58,438 nt of DNA from a virus. The notes beneath the pieces were generated by a model. That model was not told the origin of the DNA, made no database searches, and saw only the letters and a list, made by a program, of their open reading frames with translations. The position numbers and the translations under genes are program-made. The stretch is taken from positions 1 to 58,438 of the IMG/VR virus record IMGVR_UViG_3300045988_075769, one strand, 5' to 3'. Below, piece by piece: positions 32,515 through 39,916 of this stretch (positions within the stretch are counted from its first letter, which is position 1; each line of letters begins with the position of its first letter).

Positions 32515-32567
32515 AGATGTGGTATAATCAGCTAAAGGCAATATGCCAAAGAAAGGAAGAATCAAAA

Positions 32568-33029
32568 ATGAGAAAGAGAATCATTGCGGCAGTTCTGATG
32601 GCTGTCTTGGCTTGCATTATGTTGGTTGGCTGCGATAGCGGAGACTTTGCGCCTGAAATCAGCGAGGATGCTTATAAGGCGCAGTGCCGGCAGATGGATT
32701 ACAAGGAACTGTTCCGCTATCCCGATAATTACAAAGGAACTAAGGTTATGGTCAAGGTCAGGGTGGCACAGATTGTAAGCGCAAACTTCTCCGGCAGCAG
32801 GAAAGCATGGAGAGCCTACACCGATAACAGCGGATACGGATTCTATGCAGATGATGAGTATTATATGCTGGACAAGCGTGGCAGTTCCGCCGTAAAGATT
32901 TTGACTGATGATATTGTCGTTGTCTACGGTGAGTTCACCGGTCTTGAAGAAGTAACAAGAGCGTTGACTGGCACGACCGATGAACTTCCTCGCATTGAAG
33001 TCAAGTACGCAGACCTTGTGGATGAATAA
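32568..33029 (+). CDS. Lipoprotein (moron-like)
   Basis: Signal peptide with lipobox MLVGC|D. RBS AAGGAAGAA. Confidence 0.7.
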   Translation: MRKRIIAAVLMAVLACIMLVGCDSGDFAPEISEDAYKAQCRQMDYKELFRYPDNYKGTKVMVKVRVAQIVSANFSGSRKAWRAYTDNSGYGFYADDEYYMLDKRGSSAVKILTDDIVVVYGEFTGLEEVTRALTGTTDELPRIEVKYADLVDE

Positions 33030-33039
33030 GGAGAACATA

Positions 33040-33243
33040 ATGGAAAACAAAACGCCTAAGAGCGATTTGATTCCTTGCGAACACTGCGGTCACATGATTT
33101 CTAAAACGGCTAAGACCTGTCCTGAATGTGGCGGCAAAAACAGAAAATATATAAGTGCTGGCAAAGTTGTGCTTATAGTTGTCATGCTTATTATCTTCGC
33201 TTACCTTGAATTTATGCTTTCCGCTTCGTTCGCAGCGGGTTAA
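33040..33243 (+). CDS. Zinc-ribbon protein with a C-terminal TM anchor
   Basis: CEHCGHMISKTAKTCPECG followed by the TM stretch VVLIVVMLIIFAYLEFML. RBS AAGGAGAA. Confidence 0.6.
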   Translation: MENKTPKSDLIPCEHCGHMISKTAKTCPECGGKNRKYISAGKVVLIVVMLIIFAYLEFMLSASFAAG

Positions 33244-33250
33244 TCTAAAC

Positions 33251-33296
33251 AAAAAAGCCAGCGGCTAGATGTTCTCTAACCACTGGCTTTTCTTAT
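33251..33296. terminator. Bidirectional terminator
   Basis: AAAAAAGCCAGCGG pairs with CCACTGGCTTTTCTT. Confidence 0.7.
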
Positions 33297-33303
33297 AGGA
33301 TGT

Positions 33304-33594
33304 TTACTTCACAATCTTATCGTGATAGGGATGGTACTCAACATTGGGCAAGGGCATCCAATACTTCACATCGTGCATGATGCACTTGCTGTCACGGAGC
33401 AGAACCGGCTCGATCTCGCCGTTTTCGTCCGGTTCAAAGGAAAGCTGACCGCTATCGACAACCTTTCCGTCACAAGCGATAACAGGCTCGTGGACGCACT
33501 CGCCGTAGTCAACGGTGCGCCAGAGTTTCAGCATGGTCTCGAAAGCGTAGTTGAGGTATTCCCCCATATCCTGAATCTTATCTGCGGTAAGCAT
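33304..33594 (-). CDS. DUF551-like protein
   Basis: C-terminal VKYWMPLPNVE. Confidence 0.5.
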   Translation of the reverse strand: MLTADKIQDMGEYLNYAFETMLKLWRTVDYGECVHEPVIACDGKVVDSGQLSFEPDENGEIEPVLLRDSKCIMHDVKYWMPLPNVEYHPYHDKIVK

Positions 33595-33607
33595 AGCTGT
33601 TCTCCTT

Positions 33608-34342
33608 TCAAACTGCCATCTGGGTCTGGCTATTGACGTTCTGAATCATCATTACGGTGTTTGCACAAGGCCGCCACCGTTCGATATAGGTGATGGCGTT
33701 GTCAAAATCCTTGCGAGGAACGTTGCTGATGCTGTTCACATGGAACCAGTCCTGTGCATCCTTGTTGCATTCACTGTAAACCTTGCACCGGGTGGACTTG
33801 TCAAGGTATGCAGGAGAGGTCTTGCCGCCAAGTGCTTCAACCACGACACGGTTTACCGCACGGCGAAGCGCACGCTGCTGCTCATAGTCCACTGTCATGT
33901 TGGTTTCAAGAGCAGAGATGCGCTTTTCGTGCTGCATGGAACGGTTGTCCAGAACGAAGATTGCTTGCAGTTCTTTGGATGCCCCTGCGAACTGGTTGAC
34001 GGCCACGTTCTTCTCAAGCTCAATCAGCTTCTGGCGAATCTCCATGCCCTGCGGCGTCCGCTGAATCATCGCAATGTGCTTTGCCATGTCAAGGCTAAGA
34101 ACATGGTCTGCGCTAGGACGGCCACCAAGAGGGTTTTGCTCATTTTTGAGCAAAACTGAAAAGTCCGTTCCTTCGACAAAACCAATGTCAATCATGCGCT
34201 TAATCCAGTCTTTGTATGCGGTCTTGATTTTGAGCCGTTCGTGCAGCTCACGACCCAGCACCACCTTTTCGCCGGTGTCGGTGTCGTAAACAGGAATAAC
34301 ATCTTCGGAGAAGATACGGATATTTTCAAGGCTATTATTCAT
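33608..34342 (-). CDS. Antirepressor (AntA N-terminal, ORF6C C-terminal)
   Basis: LGRELHERLKIKTAYKDWIKRMIDIGFVEGTDF is AntA-like. ALETNMTVDYEQQRALRRAVNRVV is ORF6C-like. Confidence 0.7.
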   Translation of the reverse strand: MNNSLENIRIFSEDVIPVYDTDTGEKVVLGRELHERLKIKTAYKDWIKRMIDIGFVEGTDFSVLLKNEQNPLGGRPSADHVLSLDMAKHIAMIQRTPQGMEIRQKLIELEKNVAVNQFAGASKELQAIFVLDNRSMQHEKRISALETNMTVDYEQQRALRRAVNRVVVEALGGKTSPAYLDKSTRCKVYSECNKDAQDWFHVNSISNVPRKDFDNAITYIERWRPCANTVMMIQNVNSQTQMAV

Positions 34343-34463
34343 AAAATTTTATCCTTATGTCTTGCGAGAGCAAGCCATCTTTGGTATAATAACCCAAAGA
34401 GGGTCTATACTCTCTGAGTGTGGATGATACGTTCGCTAAAGTTTGCCGACAGCAGCGGACGTA

Positions 34464-34640
34464 TCATTTTTCGTTTTCATTGGTAGAATCCATCGGATGT
34501 AGCGTAAAGAATGCTTCACGGAACGCAGCAGAAATGGAAACCCGGTTCTTGATGCAATATTCCTGCAAGCTTGCAAACTGCCGCTCCGTCACGCTGATGG
34601 TAACGGTGTGACCGTAACGCTCTGCATAAGGACTGCTCAT
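34464..34640 (-). CDS. RHH (CopG-like) small protein
   Basis: GHTVTISVTERQFASLQEYCIKNRVSISAAFREAF. The ATG at 34640 lies 8 nt after GGGGGTG. Confidence 0.5.
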   Translation of the reverse strand: MSSPYAERYGHTVTISVTERQFASLQEYCIKNRVSISAAFREAFFTLHPMDSTNENEK

Positions 34641-34742
34641 ACACATTCACCCCCTTTCGTTTTGCTGTGCAATAAGTGTAACCGCAAAATATTAGGATGT
34701 CAAGAAAATACACCCCATATATTGTGTTCACTAGTGCTGGCA

Positions 34743-34907
34743 TCAGATTTTTCCGTTCTGATTGGACGCTCCCGCTTCGTACCCTGCCCGGTAGTTCAGT
34801 TCGGACAGCTTACCCAGCGCTTCTGCGTACTCCCTGTCCTCGCTGGTCGGCTCTTTGCCGTGGGCGAGAGTTTTCAGAAATTCTTCGGTTGTCGTGGGAA
34901 AGTTCAT
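34743..34907 (-). CDS. Hypothetical micro-protein (54 aa)
   Basis: Translated by hand: MNFPTTTEEFLKTLAHGKEPTSEDREYAEALGKLSELNYRAGYEAGASNQNGKI. RBS AAAGGAGC. It is below the ORF-track length cutoff. Confidence 0.45.
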   Translation of the reverse strand: MNFPTTTEEFLKTLAHGKEPTSEDREYAEALGKLSELNYRAGYEAGASNQNGKI

Positions 34908-35084
34908 GTTTTTTGCTCCTTTCTATTGCAGACAGTCCATCAGCTTTTAGCTGGTGGATTTTTTGTTTGTGGAAATATTTTAAATCTTTGTCCCCTTTAG
35001 GTCAATTGAATAGAATGTCCGAATTTTTATATATAAAATGGTCGAAATAAACAATTTACGCAATTTCAACTATCAAAAATGTTA

Positions 35085-35113
35085 TTGACAGTACTATCAA
35101 AATGTGATATAAT
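35085..35113 (+). promoter_or_regulatory. Near-consensus extended -10 promoter overlapped by ACTATCA/TGATAG sites
   Basis: TTGACA (35085-35090), 17 nt, TGaTATAAT (35105-35113). GTACTATCA is at 35091 and TGTGATAG at 35115-35122. Confidence 0.7.
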
Positions 35114-35139
35114 CTGTGATAGAAAGAGAGGGCACAAAA

Positions 35140-35757
35140 ATGAAAGTTGGGTATGTAAGAGTTTCGACAGCCGGGCAAAACACGGCTCGTCAGGAAGTCA
35201 TTATGGAACAGCTTGGTGTTGAAAAAGTGTTCATTGACAAAATGAGCGGCAAAAACACCGACCGCCCGCAGTTGAAAGAGATGCTGGCGTTTGTTCGTGA
35301 GGGCGATACTCTTGTGATTGAGAGCTTCAGCCGTCTGGCTCGTTCCACAAAAGACCTTCTGGAAATCGTTGAAGAACTTGAAAAAAAGAATGTAAAGTTC
35401 GTCAGCCAGAAAGAGAACATCGACACTTCTACGCCTAACGGAAAATTTATGCTGACTGTGTTTGCAGCTCTGGCACAACTGGAACGCGAAACGATGTTGG
35501 CACGGCAGAAGGAGGGAATCGAAATCGCAAAAGCAGAAGGCAAGTATAAAGGCAGAAAGCCTGTCGAAGTTGACGAAGAGAAGTTTCGGCAGCTTTATAA
35601 CGACTGGCAGAATGGAAAGACCACGCCGAAGATTATGATGAACGAACTTGGGCTGAAATCTGCTACGTTCTGGCGCACGGTCAAAAAGTATCGTGAAAAG
35701 TATGGTATCACTGATGCGGCCACCACACGCAAGTATGCCAATAAAGAGGAAAAATAA
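35140..35757 (+). CDS. Small serine recombinase (Hin/Gin/resolvase-like)
   Basis: YVRVSTAGQ, SFSRLARS and AQLERETMLARQKEGI motifs, with a C-terminal HTH. ATG at 35140 follows AGAGAGGG. Confidence 0.85.
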   Translation: MKVGYVRVSTAGQNTARQEVIMEQLGVEKVFIDKMSGKNTDRPQLKEMLAFVREGDTLVIESFSRLARSTKDLLEIVEELEKKNVKFVSQKENIDTSTPNGKFMLTVFAALAQLERETMLARQKEGIEIAKAEGKYKGRKPVEVDEEKFRQLYNDWQNGKTTPKIMMNELGLKSATFWRTVKKYREKYGITDAATTRKYANKEEK

Positions 35758-35890
35758 AAAGCAGCGACCCACCACAGGCCGCTGCTACAAACAAGAACCA
35801 CCAATCCCTCAACAGGATGATAGTACATCAGTATTATACCATTTCTGTTGAGGTGTGGCAATATAAAATCAGCAGAAAGGGTATACTAAC

Positions 35891-36217
35891 ATGAAAAAAT
35901 CTAATTTGATAGCAGATTCTCCTTATGGGCATTTAATTGTAGCGGGTGGAAAAATCAAACTACGTTCAGTGTTCGACTTTTCCGGATGCACAGAACTGTT
36001 CTCGTTTTTGTATGTTTGCGAGCAAGCAAATTGCACTGTCGAATTTGAAAATGAGGAAATTATCGTAGAACCAAAGAATACAGACAACGCGATTCAAATT
36101 ATGCTCGCAGTTTATGTTTCATTTGGTCAAGACGATACAATCTTCAAAAGATACATAAACTATTTGACGAAACTCGGTTCAGATGGAAAGCGTGAGCCGA
36201 CTGTTTGCGATGAGTAA
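35891..36217 (+). CDS. Hypothetical protein (108 aa)
   Basis: RBS AGAAAGGG. Part of an AT-rich cassette. Confidence 0.55.
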   Translation: MKKSNLIADSPYGHLIVAGGKIKLRSVFDFSGCTELFSFLYVCEQANCTVEFENEEIIVEPKNTDNAIQIMLAVYVSFGQDDTIFKRYINYLTKLGSDGKREPTVCDE

Positions 36218-36229
36218 AAGGGGATTGCT

Positions 36230-36418
36230 ATGAAACAGATGAATTGGGAAGAATCGGAAGGTTGCAATCGGTTCATAAAAAACATAACCGCTGGTATATT
36301 AGAGTATGTTCTTGAAGTTGGAATTGACGAAGCGGTCAAAGAATGCGTCAAGGACAATCCGCTTTTGGACAAATGCCCTCATCTTGAATCCTACGCAAAG
36401 GAACACGGATTTATCTAA
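36230..36418 (+). CDS. Hypothetical protein (62 aa)
   Basis: RBS AAAGGGGA. Confidence 0.5.
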   Translation: MKQMNWEESEGCNRFIKNITAGILEYVLEVGIDEAVKECVKDNPLLDKCPHLESYAKEHGFI

Positions 36419-36463
36419 CCCGCCAGACATGGTATCGGATTGCTGAACAGAACAGGTGAATCT

Positions 36464-36625
36464 ATGAAGAAAGGGCTTTACAAGCGCAGGACAACAGGTG
36501 AATGCCACTATTGCGATTATAGATGCCGAAAGGGTCACAGATGCTCGTGGTATAAGCGGTATGTGAAGAAAACCATCGGGTCTGGATTGAAGCGAACTTT
36601 TGACATTGTTCGCAACCTAGAATAA
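36464..36625 (+). CDS. Small basic Cys/His-rich protein (53 aa)
   Basis: CHYCDYRCRKGHRC. The ATG is at 36464. Confidence 0.4.
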   Translation: MKKGLYKRRTTGECHYCDYRCRKGHRCSWYKRYVKKTIGSGLKRTFDIVRNLE

Positions 36626-36631
36626 AATCGA

Positions 36632-37864
36632 ATGAGAAAGGAGAATACATTGAAAACGATTAACGGAAAATATGCTTCCGCAAAGGTGTTCACAGACAAT
36701 ATTGAAGATAAGGCAACTGAGCAGATTTTGACGCTTTGCAATCAGAGCTTTGTTGACGGATGCAAGATTCGCATTATGCCAGATGTTCATGCTGGCTCTG
36801 GATGCGTTATCGGATTCACGGCAAACTTGGGCAAGAAGGTCATTCCCAATATTGTCGGCGTTGACATTGGCTGCGGAATGCTTGTCGCTGAACTTGGAAT
36901 TGAACATATCGACCCGGAAAAGTTGGATAAAGTAATCAGAGAACGAGTTCCGGCTGGAATGAATGTTCACGAATCGCAGAAAATGTCGGGAGCTTTTCTT
37001 AACCAACTTGACTGTAAAGATAGCTTGCATAATGTTGACTGGATTCTTCGTAGCATGGGTACTTTGGGTGGCGGAAACCATTTTATCGAACTGGACGAAG
37101 ATGAGGAAAAAAACCAGTACCTTGTTATCCATACTGGAAGCAGGAATCTCGGTAAACAAGTTGCAGAATATCATCAAAACGTAGCAATTTCTAATATCAA
37201 AGGAAAGAACAAAAGAAAAGAAGCTACGGAACGCCTGATTGAGGAACTGAAAAATCAAGGTCGTGAACAAGAAATCTCGCAAAAAATCAAAGAGCTGGAT
37301 ATTCAATTCCCCGATATTCCGAATGATCTTTGCTATCTTGAAGGGAAAGAACGTGATTCTTACCTTAACGATATGCGGATTTGTCAGGCATTTGCGAAAA
37401 TGAATCGGGCAAGAATTATGCACTCCATTTTAGATGGGGTTGGAATTGATTCTATGCTAACTCATGCGTCTTTCTTTGAAACCGTTCATAACTATATTGA
37501 TGAAACAGATAATATTATACGAAAAGGCTCTGTATCCGCTAGAAAGGGAGAGAAGCTAATCATTCCTCTTAATATGAGAGACGGAAGCCTTATCTGTGTT
37601 GGCAAGGGTAATCCTGATTGGAATTTCTCCGCTCCTCATGGTGCTGGAAGATTATATAGCAGAACAGCGGCTAAAAAAGCATTTAGCGTTGAGGAATACC
37701 AAAAACAGATGAACGGAATTTATACTACGTCAGCCGATGAATCCACGTTGGATGAATGCCCGATGGCATATAAGCCAGCACGGGAGATCATCAACGCAAT
37801 TTCTCCAACTGTTGATATTGTAAAGCATATTAAGCCGATTTACAATTTCAAAGCTGGAGAATAA
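36632..37864 (+). CDS. rtcB: RtcB-family RNA ligase
   Basis: MPDVHAGSGCVIG, VGVDIGCGM, GGGNHFIEL, HTGSRNLG and NFSAPHGAGR motifs. An alternative TTG start at 36650 has a better RBS (AAAGGAGAA). Confidence 0.9.
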   Translation: MRKENTLKTINGKYASAKVFTDNIEDKATEQILTLCNQSFVDGCKIRIMPDVHAGSGCVIGFTANLGKKVIPNIVGVDIGCGMLVAELGIEHIDPEKLDKVIRERVPAGMNVHESQKMSGAFLNQLDCKDSLHNVDWILRSMGTLGGGNHFIELDEDEEKNQYLVIHTGSRNLGKQVAEYHQNVAISNIKGKNKRKEATERLIEELKNQGREQEISQKIKELDIQFPDIPNDLCYLEGKERDSYLNDMRICQAFAKMNRARIMHSILDGVGIDSMLTHASFFETVHNYIDETDNIIRKGSVSARKGEKLIIPLNMRDGSLICVGKGNPDWNFSAPHGAGRLYSRTAAKKAFSVEEYQKQMNGIYTTSADESTLDECPMAYKPAREIINAISPTVDIVKHIKPIYNFKAGE

Positions 37865-37882
37865 AACCGAAAGGAAAGCGAC

Positions 37883-38044
37883 ATGAAAACTGCAAAATTG
37901 TCAGAACAGAGTTTGAAACTCATTGAAACGCTGTGCGATTACACCGACAAGCCCGATATTCTCAATGCCATCGCAGACGCTTTGTACTACGATGCGGACG
38001 AGCTGAAACGCAGGCTCAACCAGCTTGCAGAAGAAGTCAAATAA
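37883..38044 (+). CDS. Hypothetical micro-protein (53 aa)
   Basis: Translated by hand: MKTAKLSEQSLKLIETLCDYTDKPDILNAIADALYYDADELKRRLNQLAEEVK. RBS GAAAGGAAAG. Confidence 0.45.
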   Translation: MKTAKLSEQSLKLIETLCDYTDKPDILNAIADALYYDADELKRRLNQLAEEVK

Positions 38045-38133
38045 ACTGTGCAACCCATTTATTAAGGTGGATTTTAGCAAATAATTTTCTAAAGTGGCAT
38101 TATAAAACCGAATATTTGATTTTTGTGCAGTTG

Positions 38134-38175
38134 TAGGCACTCTTTACATTTTCAGGTAGGGGGTGCCTATTTTTT
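38134..38175 (+). terminator. Rho-independent terminator abutting the terL start codon
   Basis: TAGGCAC(38134-38140) pairs with GTGCCTA(38163-38169), followed by TTTTTT. The terL ATG follows at 38176. Confidence 0.65.
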
Positions 38176-39843
38176 ATGCAGCCAAAGCAGTGTATCGCCA
38201 TCATCGACAGCATCAAAGCGTATGCAAAACAGAATCCGACAGAAGCGCAGGTATATGAGGACTGGTTTCAGGCGGTGGTGAACTTAAGAGACGCTCTGCC
38301 GCAAGACAAGCGGTTCGATGCTTACAAATATTCTGGCGAACTGCGCTCTGTCTGCGCGGCCATGATGGGGAAGATGAAAACAGGCGAGGACGTGGCGAAG
38401 GTCTATGATATTATCAGCCGGACGTACCTGTTTGAAGCAAAGGATGTGTTCGACAGCTATTGCATTTACCTTGAATGGAATCGTGCGCCGGAGAAAAAGT
38501 TCTATCAGCCCAGACGCAGAGTGTTGAAAGTGCTGGCAGACGACCTAGAGGACTTGTTCTATAAGCGGATAGATTTCTTGGGGGTCAGTCTTCCGGCTCG
38601 TGTTGGCAAGAGTACGCTGTGCATTTTCTTCATCACATGGCTGATGGGAAACCGCCCTGACGTTGCATCGGTTATGAGCGGACATTCTGACAAGCTGACC
38701 AACGGCTTCTACGGCGAAGTGCTGTCCATCATCACCGACCCTGTAACTTACAACTGGGGCAAAATCTTCCCTGACGTTCAGCTTGTGGACAAAAGCGCAA
38801 AGGACGAAAGCGTTGACCTAAATCGAAAGAAACGCTTCCCCACCCTGACTTGCCGCTCCATTGGAGGTACGCTGACTGGTGCTGTTGAAATCGGCGAGGG
38901 CGGCGTGCTGTACAGTGATGACCTGATTGAGGACTTGGAGGAAAGCCTGAACGTTGAGCGTCTGAACAACAAGTACGATGCCTACCTGAACCAGCTAAAA
39001 GACCGTAAAAAGCAGGGCGCATTGGAGCTGATGGTCGGCACACGCTGGAACGTGCTTGACCCTCTGGGGCGCATCCAGAACCAGTACGCAGACAATCCTA
39101 AGTACAGATTTCGGGTGATTCCTGCGGTAGACGAGAACGGACACAGCAATTTCAATTATGACTACGGCGTGGGATTTGACGATGCTTACTATGCCGACAT
39201 GAAAGCAAGTATTGACGATGCAACATGGTGGGCAAAGTACATGGGCAAGCCTTATGTGCGTGAAGGTCTGCTGTTCCCTGCCGATGAACTTCGATACTTT
39301 AACGGTGTTCTGCCTGATGGTGAGCCTGATCGCAAGCTCATGGTTATGGATATTGCATGGGGCGGCGGTGACTTCACCGCCTGTCCTATCGCTTATGTGT
39401 ACGGCGATGCCGTGTTCATCCCTGACCTTGTGTTCAATAACGGCGACAAGACCGTGACCCGCCCGGAAGTCGTGGGTAAAATCATCCAGCACAAAATCAA
39501 CGTGGTGCGTGGCGAAGCCAACAACGGTGGCGATGAATACTGTGACGTAGTGGACAGCCAACTCCGGCAGCAAGGATACCACTGCTCTGTCCGCAGCCAG
39601 CGCGCACCCAGCGGTCAAAGTAAGCTGTCCAGAATCATCCAGTATGCGCCGGACATCAAACGGTTCTATTTCCTTGACGAAAAACACCAGTCAAAAGAGT
39701 ACAAGGCGTTCATGGAACAGGTGACAATGTTCACGCAGCTTGGCAAAGTTCCGCACGATGACGCACCGGATAGTCTGGCACAGCTTGCCGATGAACTGTA
39801 CAACGGAATCAGTAAAATTGAGCCTGTCAAGAGGCCTTTTTGA
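38176..39843 (+). CDS. terL: Terminase large subunit
   Basis: Walker A LPARVGKST, Walker B VLYSDDLIED, and nuclease acidic motifs MDIAWGGGDF, GEANNGGDEY and PHDDAPDSL. Confidence 0.85.
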   Translation: MQPKQCIAIIDSIKAYAKQNPTEAQVYEDWFQAVVNLRDALPQDKRFDAYKYSGELRSVCAAMMGKMKTGEDVAKVYDIISRTYLFEAKDVFDSYCIYLEWNRAPEKKFYQPRRRVLKVLADDLEDLFYKRIDFLGVSLPARVGKSTLCIFFITWLMGNRPDVASVMSGHSDKLTNGFYGEVLSIITDPVTYNWGKIFPDVQLVDKSAKDESVDLNRKKRFPTLTCRSIGGTLTGAVEIGEGGVLYSDDLIEDLEESLNVERLNNKYDAYLNQLKDRKKQGALELMVGTRWNVLDPLGRIQNQYADNPKYRFRVIPAVDENGHSNFNYDYGVGFDDAYYADMKASIDDATWWAKYMGKPYVREGLLFPADELRYFNGVLPDGEPDRKLMVMDIAWGGGDFTACPIAYVYGDAVFIPDLVFNNGDKTVTRPEVVGKIIQHKINVVRGEANNGGDEYCDVVDSQLRQQGYHCSVRSQRAPSGQSKLSRIIQYAPDIKRFYFLDEKHQSKEYKAFMEQVTMFTQLGKVPHDDAPDSLAQLADELYNGISKIEPVKRPF

Positions 39844-39882
39844 TTAAAAACACAATATATTGTGTTCGCTGGGTCTATTTAT

Positions 39883-39912
39883 TTGATTTCACCACTTGAC
39901 AAGGCTTATAAT
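39883..39912 (+). promoter_or_regulatory. Candidate promoter for the non-coding/tRNA spacer
   Basis: TTGATT (39883-39888), 18 nt, TATAAT (39907-39912). A 14-bp palindrome CACAATATATTGTG lies at 39851-39864. Confidence 0.45.
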
Positions 39913-39916
39913 GTAC

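Noticed and set aside
23247-35757. The two serine recombinases as integrases, or as ends of a composite transposon
   Set aside because: Both are small resolvase/invertase-type enzymes, not large serine integrases. They belong to different subfamilies, and I found no matching terminal inverted repeats flanking the interval.
35056-35775. 239-aa minus-strand ORF opposite the serine recombinase
   Set aside because: The + strand encodes an unmistakable resolvase/invertase with its promoter and RBS. The antisense ORF is Phe/Leu/Arg-rich noise.
36617-37423. 268-aa minus-strand ORF opposite rtcB
   Set aside because: rtcB motifs on the + strand are unambiguous. The antisense ORF is an AT-rich frame artefact.
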